NCBI GenBank assembly: GCA_051382295.1 | Contig: JBBCAW010000021.1 | Span: 1-64,000 of the forward strand | Direction: 5' to 3' | Length of the DNA stretch: 64,000 bases | DNA from: Bdellovibrionota bacterium FG-1 | GTDB lineage: Bacteria > Bdellovibrionota > UBA1018 | In this document: positions 8,367-19,100 of the stretch, one piece after another | How positions within the stretch are numbered: position 1 is the first letter of the stretch | Layout of the letters: every line of letters begins with the position of its first letter | Position numbers and translations under genes: made by a program | Notes under the pieces: model-generated | The model's database searches: none | Seen by the model: only the letters and a program-made list of their open reading frames with translations | What the model was told of the DNA's origin: nothing

Positions 8367-9218
8367 ATGGCCAAAATTAATCAAATTACATCGGTTATGG
8401 TTCTTTCTTTAGCGGTCGCGTTTTCCTCGCAAGGCGCTCTTGCGGCTCATTCGGCTGAATCCTCGCTGGATTCCCTGATTCCCAAAACCCTTCAAAATAA
8501 AATCGATCAGCGCAAGGATCAAAGGAGTCGCGCTCTCGCGTTCGAACCCCTCCTTCAAAATTTCAACGGAAGCAAAGAAGTGGATTTGCGAAATCGGGAT
8601 ACCCCCGTCAAAGCCCAGTTCGCTGCTAAAAAGTGTGTTGGGGTTATTCACTCAAAAGTGGGTACCTGCTCGGCCTTTGGCTTGGCGGCAGCAGTTGAGA
8701 ATGTGTTGGGCGGAGGCATTGAGCTTTCTGAGCGGCAGCTTTGGAGTCAATACTGCGTAGCTTCGAGCGCAGTAGCCATCGACACCATCACCTCTGGTAA
8801 AGGCGTGGTCGAGGACAGCTATTGGCCTGAGAACTCGGTAAACCCTACTTCTAATTACTCCAAGGCCACCCGTTATAAAGTCCTTGAGTCTCATGCTCTC
8901 GAAGACAATATTGTGGCTATGCTTGAGGCCCTCGATCGAGGCAGCCCACTCTACTTTGCCATCAATACACCCTCTGAAATGTATGCCAAAAAACCCGTGA
9001 TCAATGCCGACTCCGGAAATACCGGAGGGGGGCATGCCATAGCGATTGTCGGCTATAGGCTCGATGATACGGTGGAAGGGGGCGGGTATCTTTTGGTTAA
9101 AAATTCGTGGGGTACTTCAGACCAATTTGACGGCTATCAGTTGTTAGCGTTTGGTTACTGCGCCAAAAAAGGGAACTATTGCGCCGCTTGGTCCATTGAT
9201 CGCGTCGGGACTAATTAG
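8367..9218 (+). CDS. Secreted papain-like (C1) cysteine peptidase
   Basis: AAGGAGG SD before ATG 8367; signal peptide; VDLR, GTCSAF (Cys), LSE, GGHAI (His) and KNSWG (Asn) motifs. Confidence 0.9.
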   Translation: MAKINQITSVMVLSLAVAFSSQGALAAHSAESSLDSLIPKTLQNKIDQRKDQRSRALAFEPLLQNFNGSKEVDLRNRDTPVKAQFAAKKCVGVIHSKVGTCSAFGLAAAVENVLGGGIELSERQLWSQYCVASSAVAIDTITSGKGVVEDSYWPENSVNPTSNYSKATRYKVLESHALEDNIVAMLEALDRGSPLYFAINTPSEMYAKKPVINADSGNTGGGHAIAIVGYRLDDTVEGGGYLLVKNSWGTSDQFDGYQLLAFGYCAKKGNYCAAWSIDRVGTN

Positions 9219-9727
9219 CGGCGGGCGCTTTTAACGGCCTTGGGTGCGGAAACCGTCAGCCAGGCGATGACTCCATACTTGATGAACCGGCCGATAAAAA
9301 CGGCACAAAATATTCCGGCCCATGACAAATGCGCGAGGCCCGCGATGGCAACGGCTGCGTGTTGAGGGGCTGGGCTGAGTGAGGCGAGTGTGACTCCGGG
9401 TAAGCCATATTGGTGAACGAGCGTGATTGCCTTGCGCCAGTTTTCTGACTCAGTCAGGTGAGGCGCGAAAAACTCGATCACCCTGGGACCAAAAGATCCG
9501 CAGAGCTGTGAAAACAGCGTCGCGCCGAGGGCTGAGCCTAGACTGACCCAGGCAGCCACTCTCAGCCAGTTTTTAGGCCGGGCCATGACGGCTGGGATAA
9601 GTAGGGCTTCATTGGGAATAAAGAAAACAAAAGCATCTATGCCGCTCAACAAGGCCACTAGGGGTAGGTACCAGCGATGAGAAGCAAAATTTGTCAGGGA
9701 AGTGAGAGCGCTTTTAATCAGACCCAC
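9215..9727 (-). CDS. YqaA/DedA (VTT domain) membrane protein
   Basis: FFIPNEALL, GSALGA and GRFIKY motifs; hydrophobic segments. Confidence 0.8.
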   Translation of the reverse strand: MGLIKSALTSLTNFASHRWYLPLVALLSGIDAFVFFIPNEALLIPAVMARPKNWLRVAAWVSLGSALGATLFSQLCGSFGPRVIEFFAPHLTESENWRKAITLVHQYGLPGVTLASLSPAPQHAAVAIAGLAHLSWAGIFCAVFIGRFIKYGVIAWLTVSAPKAVKSARR

Positions 9728-9742
9728 GAAGTCTATTCTCCT

Positions 9743-9769
9743 TAATATTCCAAGAGATTGAGCCGATCA
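9743..9769 (+). promoter_or_regulatory. Putative sigma28 (FliA) promoter
   Basis: TAAT-N15-GCCGATCA versus consensus TAAA-N15-GCCGATAA; ends 25 nt before ATG 9795. Confidence 0.55.
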
Positions 9770-9794
9770 GGTCTTGAGACAGGTGGAATCAATT

Positions 9795-10508
9795 ATGGAA
9801 AGTATTGGGGATATTAAAACTAAGATCCTGTTTTTAATAGGAATTTTTATTACCGCTTTAGCTATTTCAGCCGCTATGCCGGGGGCGGAGGCGGGGGTAG
9901 TGATGGCTAAGCCTGAAAAAGTAGAAAAGGCCGGTCCGGGCGAGGTTTATCCTGAATCTCGATTTGGGAGAGCGCCCTCTTCGGTGGATATGGGCGTGAG
10001 CAAGGGCTACGCAGGCCGGGCGGTCGAGGAAATGGAATCGGGCAACGATGATGGGGCCGGTCCCCGCGGGGGCGGGCGTTCTCCCGCTGGGCTCGAATAT
10101 GATGGTCAGATATCCGGACCCACGTCTACGCCCGCGCAGGCTCCACAGCCGCCTGCGGTGGAGCCTTCTTCGGTGATGACCCGAAAGGGGGTTCAAGAGG
10201 TGGCCGTGATCGCGAGTGACCTTGGTTTTTTTCCAAAAAATATCTTTGTGAGTCGCGACGTACCGGTACGGATGTATGTCACCGGTTCGAGCAAGAACAC
10301 CTTGTGCATTATGATGGATTCGTTTCAGGTGCGTAAACAGGTGCGTTCGCAAAGAATCGAAGAAGTGACTTTTACGCCTAATGTGCCCGGAAAATACCGC
10401 TTTTATTGCCCGGTTAATGGTATGGAAGGGTCGCTGATCGTCAAAGAGTTTGCGGGGCCCCAAGATTCCGTGCTGTCGAATTCGGCGGCGCCGGCGCGCG
10501 AGGATTAA
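9795..10508 (+). CDS. Exported protein with low-complexity linker and C-terminal cupredoxin-like domain
   Basis: N-terminal hydrophobic helix; GF.P..I.V, FTP..PG.Y.FYCP..GMEG.LIV cupredoxin pattern. Confidence 0.75.
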   Translation: MESIGDIKTKILFLIGIFITALAISAAMPGAEAGVVMAKPEKVEKAGPGEVYPESRFGRAPSSVDMGVSKGYAGRAVEEMESGNDDGAGPRGGGRSPAGLEYDGQISGPTSTPAQAPQPPAVEPSSVMTRKGVQEVAVIASDLGFFPKNIFVSRDVPVRMYVTGSSKNTLCIMMDSFQVRKQVRSQRIEEVTFTPNVPGKYRFYCPVNGMEGSLIVKEFAGPQDSVLSNSAAPARED

Positions 10509-10509
10509 A

Positions 10510-11646
10510 ATGGGCGTTTTTGAAGACTCAGTAGCCACCTTTCTTGCGCCGGTCAAAGATTATCTCGCCGATGATTCGGTTTCGGAAGTCTTGGTGAACG
10601 GACCCTATGAAATCTTTATCGAACGCAAAGGCTTGCTTGAGCGGGTTGCCGCCAAATTTACCGACGAGCAGGCTTTGCAAGCCGCGATTCGAAACATTGC
10701 TCAATTCGTCGGGCGACGGATTGACGAAGACAATCCGATTTTGGACGCACGGTTGCCGGACGGCAGTCGCGTGGCCGCCGTGTTCCCGCCGTGTTCGCGT
10801 AAGGGCGCCACGCTGTCGATTCGAAAATTTTCCAAAGGCAGCCCTAGTTTTGTCGACTTGATTAATCGCGGGTCCATTTCCAAGGATGCTGCGCGTTTTT
10901 TAGATGTATGCATCTATCTGGCTAGAAATATTATTATTTCCGGCGGCACTGGCTCAGGCAAGACCACCTTGCTCAATGTGTTGGGTTCGCGCATTCCAGG
11001 CAATCAGCGGTTGCTGATTATTGAAGACTCCTCTGAACTTAAAATTCACACCGATCATGTGGTGTTTTTTGAGACTAAGCATCCCGACGAGATGGGAAAT
11101 GGGGGGGTCAGCGTTCGAGATTTGATTCGCTCCGCGCTTCGTTTGCGTCCCGATCGGATCGTCGTCGGCGAGGTCCGTGGGCCCGAAGCCCTTGATTTGG
11201 TCACGGCCATGAACACTGGGCACGGGGGGTCTATGGGGACTACCCATGCGAATACCCCATATGATGCTTTGGTCCGGTTAGAAACTCTGTCGATGATGGG
11301 GGATACTCAGGTGCCGGTGGGTGCTATTCGCAGGCAAATAGCGGCGGCTATTCATTTGGTGGTCCAGATCAAGCGTATGAATGACGGGACCCGCAAGGTC
11401 TCTCATATTTCCGAAGTGATTCCCGAGGTGGATGACCATGGTAAATACGTGGTTCAGGACATCTTTAAGTTTGTGCAAAGAGGGCGTACGGCCGAGGGAA
11501 AAATTGTGGGCGAAATGATTCCAACTGGCTATCTGCCTTCATTTATGGACGAAATAGCGCTGAATCGATTGCCTTTTCCTAAAGAAAAGTTTACGCCGCC
11601 TGATTGGTACTTGCTTCCAAATTCCGAACTAAAAGGCGTATCCTGA
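10510..11646 (+). CDS. cpaF: CpaF/TadA family pilus-assembly ATPase
   Basis: DARLPDGSRV, SIRKF, GGTGSGKTT, IEDSSEL, LRLRPDRIVVGEVRG and AMNTGHGGS.GT.HAN motifs. Confidence 0.92.
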   Translation: MGVFEDSVATFLAPVKDYLADDSVSEVLVNGPYEIFIERKGLLERVAAKFTDEQALQAAIRNIAQFVGRRIDEDNPILDARLPDGSRVAAVFPPCSRKGATLSIRKFSKGSPSFVDLINRGSISKDAARFLDVCIYLARNIIISGGTGSGKTTLLNVLGSRIPGNQRLLIIEDSSELKIHTDHVVFFETKHPDEMGNGGVSVRDLIRSALRLRPDRIVVGEVRGPEALDLVTAMNTGHGGSMGTTHANTPYDALVRLETLSMMGDTQVPVGAIRRQIAAAIHLVVQIKRMNDGTRKVSHISEVIPEVDDHGKYVVQDIFKFVQRGRTAEGKIVGEMIPTGYLPSFMDEIALNRLPFPKEKFTPPDWYLLPNSELKGVS

Positions 11647-11694
11647 AAAATAGGTCTTTGCCTCTCAGCGTTTGCCCGGTATACGCTATCGTCT

Positions 11695-13566
11695 ATGCAA
11701 GCCCCCGACAAAATTCGTAATATCTGTATCATCGCGCACGTCGATCATGGCAAGACCACGTTAGTTGATTTTTTGCTCAAGCAAGCCGGTTCATTCAAAG
11801 CCCATTATCACATGGTTGACCGTGTGATGGACTCCAACGATTTGGAACGTGAGCGTGGGATCACGATTTTGTCCAAAAACACCTCCGTGCGCGTAGGTGA
11901 TAATAAGATCAATATTGTAGATACCCCAGGACATGCCGACTTTGGAGGCGAAGTCGAGCGTATCATGGGTATGGTGGATGGCGCTTTGCTGCTCGTTGAT
12001 GCCGCCGAAGGCCCGCTGCCGCAAACTCGGTTTGTTCTTCAAAAGGCACTCCGACAAGGCCTTAAAGTCATTTTGGTGATCAATAAGGTGGATCGTCCAG
12101 ACGCTCGTGTGCAAGAGGTTGTGAATCAAGCTTTCGATCTATTTATTGAATTAGGGGCTAGTTCAAAACAGGCCGATTTCCCGATTATTTATGCTTGCGC
12201 TCGGCAGGGCTGGTGCACGCTTGATTTTGACCAAGTGGCGGATATGGTCGCTGGCAACAAGCAAGGCACTCTCAAACCGTTGTTTGACGAGATTCTCAAA
12301 GATATTCCGCCGCCCCAAGTGGTTGATGGTGTTGAGTTTCAAATGATGGTCTCGAACCTTTCTTATTCGGATTATGTGGGTCGTCTGGCGATTGGTCGCG
12401 TGACCTCTGGATCCGTCAAAAAGGGTCAAAAAGTGATTCGCCGGGGAGTAGACGAAGCTGGAAACAGCAAAAACGAAAACTTTACGGTGGCTCAAGTCTA
12501 TACTTTCGAGGGTTTGAAACAAACCGAGGTTGAATCACTGGATGCCGGCGATATCGGAGTTTTAGCGGGAACTGAACTTGCCGAGATCGGCGACACCATG
12601 GTGGGCGCTGATTCCATGGGTCCGCTTCCTCGCATTGTGGTTGAGAAACCTACTTTGGGCATGATTTTTTCGGTCAATACGTCACCTCTTTCTGGGCAAG
12701 AGGGCGAGGCCATTCAATCGCGAAAACTAAGGGATCGTTTGGTTCGAGAAGTGAGAACCAATGTGGCGCTCAGATATGAAGACATCGGGGCCACTGATCA
12801 GTTTCGAGTATTGGGGCGTGGCGAACTGCAATTTGCGATCTTAATCGAGCAGATGCGACGCGAGGGCTTTGAATTTATGGTGGGTAAGCCCACGGTCCTT
12901 TACAAGACGGCACCCAATGGCGATCGCGAAGAGCCGATGGAGCGCGCCGTGCTAGACCTTCCAGAAGTCTCGACCGGTGACGTGACCGCCATGTTTCAGG
13001 TTCGTAAAGGGATTTTAACAAAGTACGAAGGCGGATCCGGAGACGGTAAAGATCGCGTGCGCTTGGAATTTGATATCCCCACGCGGGGCCTGCTCGGAAT
13101 GCGCTCTCGTTATTTAACGGCAACGCGTGGCGCGGGGTTGTTGAGTACTCAGCTTTTGGGTTATGGGCCGCATAAGGGTGAATTACCTCATCGGACCAGC
13201 GGTGCCTTGGTTTCAGACCGTCTTGGTCAAACGGTTGAGTACGGGCTGATGGGGTTGGAAGACCGAGGTTTGTTATTCATGGGGCCCGGGATTTCGGTTT
13301 ATGAGGGCATGATCATTGGAGAGCATAGCAAGGAAAACGATCTCAATGTGAATCCTTGCCGCGAAAAAAAGCTCACCAATATTCGGTCTGCGGGTGCGGA
13401 GTTTTTGGTTACGCTGGCCGGGATTCGTCGCATGTCTCTGGAACAGTGTATCGAGTGGATTGATGAAGACGAATGGATCGAAGTCACTCCAAAAACGGTC
13501 CGAATCCGAAAAAAGATCATGCCCCAAAATCTGCGAAGCGTGAAGCGCGAAGATCGAATCAAATAA
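11695..13566 (+). CDS. typA: Translational GTPase TypA/BipA
   Basis: [39 protein letters not shown] and KKLTNIRS motifs. Confidence 0.97.
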   Translation: MQAPDKIRNICIIAHVDHGKTTLVDFLLKQAGSFKAHYHMVDRVMDSNDLERERGITILSKNTSVRVGDNKINIVDTPGHADFGGEVERIMGMVDGALLLVDAAEGPLPQTRFVLQKALRQGLKVILVINKVDRPDARVQEVVNQAFDLFIELGASSKQADFPIIYACARQGWCTLDFDQVADMVAGNKQGTLKPLFDEILKDIPPPQVVDGVEFQMMVSNLSYSDYVGRLAIGRVTSGSVKKGQKVIRRGVDEAGNSKNENFTVAQVYTFEGLKQTEVESLDAGDIGVLAGTELAEIGDTMVGADSMGPLPRIVVEKPTLGMIFSVNTSPLSGQEGEAIQSRKLRDRLVREVRTNVALRYEDIGATDQFRVLGRGELQFAILIEQMRREGFEFMVGKPTVLYKTAPNGDREEPMERAVLDLPEVSTGDVTAMFQVRKGILTKYEGGSGDGKDRVRLEFDIPTRGLLGMRSRYLTATRGAGLLSTQLLGYGPHKGELPHRTSGALVSDRLGQTVEYGLMGLEDRGLLFMGPGISVYEGMIIGEHSKENDLNVNPCREKKLTNIRSAGAEFLVTLAGIRRMSLEQCIEWIDEDEWIEVTPKTVRIRKKIMPQNLRSVKREDRIK

Positions 13567-13573
13567 GCAGTTT

Positions 13574-14566
13574 TTAAAAGGACTGAGTGACTTCCATTCG
13601 ATCCAACACCATGGCGAGCGTCCTTACGCCATTTCTGACCTCAATCAGATCGGCAATGAGAGGGTTGTTTCTGCTGAGCGGTAGGTTACGTAAGTCGTTT
13701 TGGATGGAGGTGACCTCATCATCCATTTCCGTGATTCGCTTTCGATAATCGGTCAAATAGCTGCGGAGTTGATCTTGAGGTTCCGCAAGCAGGGTTCTCA
13801 TCTCGTCGCGTAAGAGCGAGGCTTTGTCAGTATTCAGTTGGAGGACCTGCTCTTGAGCAATTTCAAGGACTCGACGGGGGTCACCCCGACGGGTTTCAAA
13901 GGCTCGAACCGCCGCCTGCACGAGCCCGATATCCGCGCCTACGAGTGCCCCAATCGCGCGGGCATTCTTGCCTTGGGCGACGGTATATCTTCCCATTCTC
14001 AGGATGGTCTTAAAACGCAGCATGCCCTTGCTTTGAGTGGCGGTCCCTTTCCACATTCCGTAGCCGAGCTGAAAGGTAAAAGTGGCGGCAAAAACGGCAA
14101 GGGCGCCATCTAAAATCATTTGTACATACTTTTCAGTGGGATGTTCACTGAGTTCCCGATTTCGATTGATCTCTTCATAAAAGACCGCCCGAATCGCCTC
14201 AGCCCCGGCTGAGGGATGGGCTTGCGGTGATGAATCTAGACCAAACGCGGCGACCAACTTGGCCATGGCTTCGCGGTGCTCGGTGTGTTGAACAAAATCA
14301 GCGGCTACATGGTTCCAGACGTCATTGAATTGCGCGGCTGACAAAAGTAAAAGTTGATCCGCCAAACCTTGGGCGTAAGTCTCTTGGTCAACTTCCGAAA
14401 TATCGGCTAAATCAGGCGCCTTGAGATGGTTAAAATACACTTGGATGAGATCTTCAACCGCGTTTTGCCCCAAATTCGAGCGATGACCAGCCGCTGAGGC
14501 GATTGATGTCATGAGAAGGGAGGCAATGAGTGAGAGAGAAACCCATTTTTGAAGGCGCATTTTCAA
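13574..14566 (-). CDS. Secreted hypothetical protein with hydrophobic hairpin and C-terminal coiled coil
   Basis: 330-aa ORF, SD, signal peptide (SIASA), two Gly/Ala-rich hydrophobic segments followed by heptad-like helices. Confidence 0.75.
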   Translation of the reverse strand: MKMRLQKWVSLSLIASLLMTSIASAAGHRSNLGQNAVEDLIQVYFNHLKAPDLADISEVDQETYAQGLADQLLLLSAAQFNDVWNHVAADFVQHTEHREAMAKLVAAFGLDSSPQAHPSAGAEAIRAVFYEEINRNRELSEHPTEKYVQMILDGALAVFAATFTFQLGYGMWKGTATQSKGMLRFKTILRMGRYTVAQGKNARAIGALVGADIGLVQAAVRAFETRRGDPRRVLEIAQEQVLQLNTDKASLLRDEMRTLLAEPQDQLRSYLTDYRKRITEMDDEVTSIQNDLRNLPLSRNNPLIADLIEVRNGVRTLAMVLDRMEVTQSF

Positions 14567-14582
14567 TCCTTTTCTTAAGGCG

Positions 14583-16124
14583 TCAGAGCGAATCTTGCTC
14601 TGGCACGCCTCCTTCGGGTAATTCTGGATGACCAGGGCTAGTTCGTGCTTCTTCTGCGAGTTGGGTCAAGGTGGTTCTGAGGGCAAGGTCATTGAGGTCA
14701 GCTGCGTGTTCGAGTTGGTCCGCCCACGACTGGACATAATCTTGGCGAGAAGACCGAATCACGGCCGCAGCTTGAAGAAGAATATGGGTGGGGTCCTGGC
14801 CTCTGATTTGACCGGCTCGTAACTCATCGGCTAATTGCCGGTATTTTGCTGAAATACGCTCTGGAATTTTGCTTGGGTTGCGCGCAAAGACCGTGGCTTT
14901 AGCTATTGCGTTACTTCCTAAGGGAGCAATTAACGCGCTGGATTCAGCGGGGTCTAACAGAGCTTCTTGGGTTTCTGATACAAATTTAAGGACAAAAAGG
15001 TCTTCATAATCCGCATCCGGTTGAATACCGGTGTTGGGCAGTTTTTCACCCTCTGAACCGTCTGGAGTATAAAATAAGGAGAGATTGCGCGAGGCTTGAA
15101 AGAGTTGATCCGCGGCTTGAAAAAGTGCTACGAGATCCTGGCCCAATGATGCACGTTCAAAATCTGCCTGCGTGTGAAGGACTTGTTCACGGAGGCGTCG
15201 GTTTTGACGGGTGTCTCGAACCATTTGCACGCCAGTGTCCAAAAAACCGCCGATCAGAGTTCCAGCAATGAATCCGTAGACATTGGCTTTAAGAGGGGTG
15301 CTCGCCAGCCGAGCCGATTTAAGTAATCTGAGTGCGGTATTTGCAGTTGCTGACGAGGCGGCCGCTCCCACGCTCAGGGAGACGCCCAAGGACGCCAAAT
15401 CGGCTAAAAGCTCTTTTTCTTCGTAAGCGGCGTCGTCATTTTCAATTCCCAGATGCATGATCTGAGCAGGGGATGGCTGAAGTGCTTTTTGCTGTTTTTC
15501 GCGATCCTGATTGATTTCCCACCCGGCAGCGGTTCCTAGGGCGACGGGTATCAACGGGGAAACCCTCCGCCAAAGGCTAAAGTACCGAGGGGCGGCTCGC
15601 CCTTTTGTCACAAAAATCAAACCCATCGTAAAAAGGCCGACCAAGGCTCCGCTTTCAGCCCCTTGAGTGATTGTTTTGAGTCTGAGTTCCGCAAGCCCGT
15701 GAGTGTGGCTGGCCTCCCATTCGAGCTGTAAAACCCGAGCCAGGTCAAAAATCGCTTCTGGCGCTTGCTTGGCGTTTTGGTCAATGGCGTGCAAGAGGTC
15801 CTGGTACTCCGTGAGGCTAGGCGAGGCCCAGATGCGGATGCTTAGTCGACGTTGATAATCGAGGGTTTCAAGCGAGTTGTTCGCGTAAAAAGCTGAGATA
15901 TATCCGTTCAGCAAGAATTCAAAAGCTTGGGGCAGAGCGGCCTGCGTGGCATTGGTTTTTTTTGAGGATGGAATCGCCGCCGGGGTAAGATGCGCCTTTC
16001 CCCGCGAGGGTGGCGGGATGCTGGCCAGTGGGTCATCCGCATAAGCCCCTGTCGGAGAACTTGCCTGTATTCCGAGTGCAAGCAAAACGACGAGCGTGAC
16101 TGCCGGGGCGTGCCTGGTACTCAA
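14583..16124 (-). CDS. Secreted hypothetical protein with several Gly/Ala-rich hydrophobic helices (start uncertain, 16124-16169)
   Basis: Long ORF; TTG at 16124 overlaps the upstream TGA and follows a G-rich SD-like run; signal peptide ends GAYA. Confidence 0.75.
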   Translation of the reverse strand: MSTRHAPAVTLVVLLALGIQASSPTGAYADDPLASIPPPSRGKAHLTPAAIPSSKKTNATQAALPQAFEFLLNGYISAFYANNSLETLDYQRRLSIRIWASPSLTEYQDLLHAIDQNAKQAPEAIFDLARVLQLEWEASHTHGLAELRLKTITQGAESGALVGLFTMGLIFVTKGRAAPRYFSLWRRVSPLIPVALGTAAGWEINQDREKQQKALQPSPAQIMHLGIENDDAAYEEKELLADLASLGVSLSVGAAASSATANTALRLLKSARLASTPLKANVYGFIAGTLIGGFLDTGVQMVRDTRQNRRLREQVLHTQADFERASLGQDLVALFQAADQLFQASRNLSLFYTPDGSEGEKLPNTGIQPDADYEDLFVLKFVSETQEALLDPAESSALIAPLGSNAIAKATVFARNPSKIPERISAKYRQLADELRAGQIRGQDPTHILLQAAAVIRSSRQDYVQSWADQLEHAADLNDLALRTTLTQLAEEARTSPGHPELPEGGVPEQDSL

Positions 16125-19100
16125 GATCCCCCCCTTTGTTTTTTGTACCATTGGGCCCATTCGTTCCAAAGGGCGTTTCGGGTCGAGGTATGCCTGATTG
16201 CTTTAGCGAGTCGAATCTCGGCATCGGAGATGGAACCGCGCGAGGCTTGAACCGATGGATTTTCTTCTAGTGTTTTTTTCAAGAATTCTGCCGCTCTTTG
16301 TGCAGTATTTTTTTGGGCGGCCGTTCGACCGGTATTTGTATGTAACTTCAGAGCTGCGTTGATTTTATTCCAACTCTTTTTAGAAGTGGTACTCAGGCCG
16401 AGTTCTGAAAACGCATCGCGGATGAGCATTTCAGAGTAAACGTTGGGTAGTCGATAGGTCCGTCCCCGCTGTATCTTGTTGAGGAGCCGCTCTCCTGCCT
16501 CAATTTTTTTGGCCCACGCTTCAGGGGAGCCTGTGATCCTATTGGCCTTTTGCATTCCGCGGGCAATTTCGAGTCGTTCGGCAACTTGGGAAAATTCGTC
16601 TGGTTTCAAATCTAGGCGCGCTAAATCGCGGGTGTTTTCGGCAAATTCTTTCATCGTTACCTGTTCACCCATGCGGGTGAGTAATCCCCGAGCCATGGGG
16701 AGGTACATGAAAACCGAGTCCATGGCCGCGCGAATAAAAAAGTTCTGCCAGGCGGCCCTAGATTCAAGCTGGGCCATTTCAAGCTCTTGGGGTAAGAATA
16801 AAGAAGTGCTTCCCAGGACTGAACTTTGGCTGAAATCCTCGACTTGTTTGGTTTCCTGGTGAATTTCCACCGTTTCGGCAAATTGGTAGGCCCCATCCGC
16901 AAGGATAAGTCCCATGATCGATTCCATGTAGCTCGCTGATACGGCATCGACTGTTTTCATGACTAGAAAACTATAGGGTGACCAGCGCTTGACGACTCCT
17001 TCTGCGACCCAGTTTGCGCCATGGACCAGCATCACCGCTGCCGCTCCCCACATATAATTGCGTACATAACGGTTCATGAATTGATTTGAGATCGAGGGGT
17101 GAGCGAGTTCGCGGGCGAGATCCTCCATTTGACCTTTGAATTCGGGAAAGGCTTTGAGCGTCAGACTGACCATCATGGCCGAAGTGGCGATTCTCTTGAT
17201 TTCCATGATATCGGTGACTTGCGCGATTCGTTGGATGTTTTTCCGTGTTTGTTGCTCGACTTTTTCGAGGGCTTGGTCAATTAAGGGTTCGACCTGGATG
17301 AGCGAGTCCGGGGTTTCTTGGTGAAGAGGGTGCAAGGCGACCAATGCATCGGCTAGGCGGACGCTGGCATTAGCTTGCTGAGGCGTATGAACGGTGACTT
17401 GGGTATTTAAGAAGGGAAACATCCCTTGGTTTTGATTGTCGAGCGCACGAAAGTAGCGTTCGATGGCGGGCTGAGAGTTCAAGATATCCCGAATACTTTC
17501 GCGTACGGATTCGGTTGCTCTCAAGAAGCCAAATTGTTCACCAATGCTCAAAAAATCCGAAAGATCTTTTTTTCGACCCTGGGTGATCAGCTTGATCAGA
17601 TCGTCGGCTGCGGCAGGAGAGATATTTTGTGGAAAATGAATCTCGGGTCTAAAATCATGAGAGTCTAGATAGTCGCGCACTCTCTCTGGAAGGACCGTGT
17701 CGTCACTATTGTTATCAAGGACCGAGAAGTTCGCCTCACGGGCCATAATTTGGGCATACTTGCCTTTGGCTTCGGTATAGGTCTCTGCGTGCCTTACTTC
17801 GGATATCCACTGTCTGACTGAAGATCGGAGTTTCAAAGCTTTGAGGTCATCTTCCAGTGTGCTCACAAGGGCTTCGACGTTGATGACATCCCCTAAGTAG
17901 CTTTCTTGGATTTTTTTGACCACGGTGGGTGCGGTGCTCAAGAGATTTTCGATGAAGTTTTGTCTTTGCTGAGTAAACAAAAAATCATCCGCAGATTGTG
18001 CGCTCCCCTGGTTCCAATTCTGGATCGCCGCAGCGGAAATTTGCTGCTTATAAATATTGGCGCGCGAATCCAAGATGGACATGATTTGTTGCCGTTTTTC
18101 GATGGAGAGTGATTCTTGTTGGTCAAGTACGTCTTTCGCGGTGAGTTCGGTGATGGCCTCGACTGCTGTGCAGTTTTTGCTATTGGCCAAGATCGTCCTC
18201 AGAAGATTTTCACGTTCGGCGTTGGGTAAAGGGGTGAGTGGTGGGGTTCCGGCATCATTGAGTTCTTGGGTGACGCATGTTTGAAAGCGCTCTCGTTCGG
18301 CCTTAAGAAGGAGTTCTTTTAAGCTTTTCTCGGCGATATGGCGGTCTTCGGGGGAGTCGGTAAAAACGGCAGCCAGTTGGCCGGCCAGGTCGTCCGTCAC
18401 AAAAGGAGCAAGGGTCTGAGCGATGGGTTCGAGGTTTTGAAGCAAGCCTAAGTGGGCAGCGGGTTCATCGATTTGAAGTTGTTGTTCTTGCGCAATTTGA
18501 GAGGCAAACCCGAGGGTTTGAAGTTTGTCCTTCAGTGGAGAGGGAATCTGGGGAATCACGATCTCGTGATTTTTTTTGAGAAAGCGCAAATTGGACAGAT
18601 TATTGAGAAGCTGTCGCACGGTCATGAACTGGATCATGGTTAAGCGGGTGTCATTGTTGGGGTGCTCTGCGAGGTGGGCGATTTCCATTCCTTGGATTTG
18701 GCTGATACTCAATTTAATCAGAATTCGATCTGGGGCGCCTGTTGAGTTTCGGTCAATGACGAACGGTTGGAATCGATCTCCTAGCCGATTTTGTACCGTG
18801 TTGGCTTGGGCTCCGAGCTCGGCAAGAAAACGTTGCGAGGTATGAAGTGCGAAAGCGTCCAGCCATTTATTGTCATGTGGAAGGTCAAGTTGAATGCGGA
18901 GATTGGCCAGCAGCGAAACCTGGTTAAGATAGAGATTAAAGGCGCGCAGTTTGATTTCAACCGGCGCGTAAGCATCGGATGGGTTTTGTGGAGATGGATT
19001 ACTGGGAAGATCAAGGAGGATTTCAATCTGATCTCGCCAAGGTAAAAAATCTTGTTCAATGGCGTGAATCTCACCGACAGAGGAGTGTTGGCGGATCTCG

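Noticed and set aside
9867..10556. 229-aa minus-strand Arg/His-rich ORF
   Set aside because: Antisense to the cupredoxin gene; composition typical of a shadow frame.
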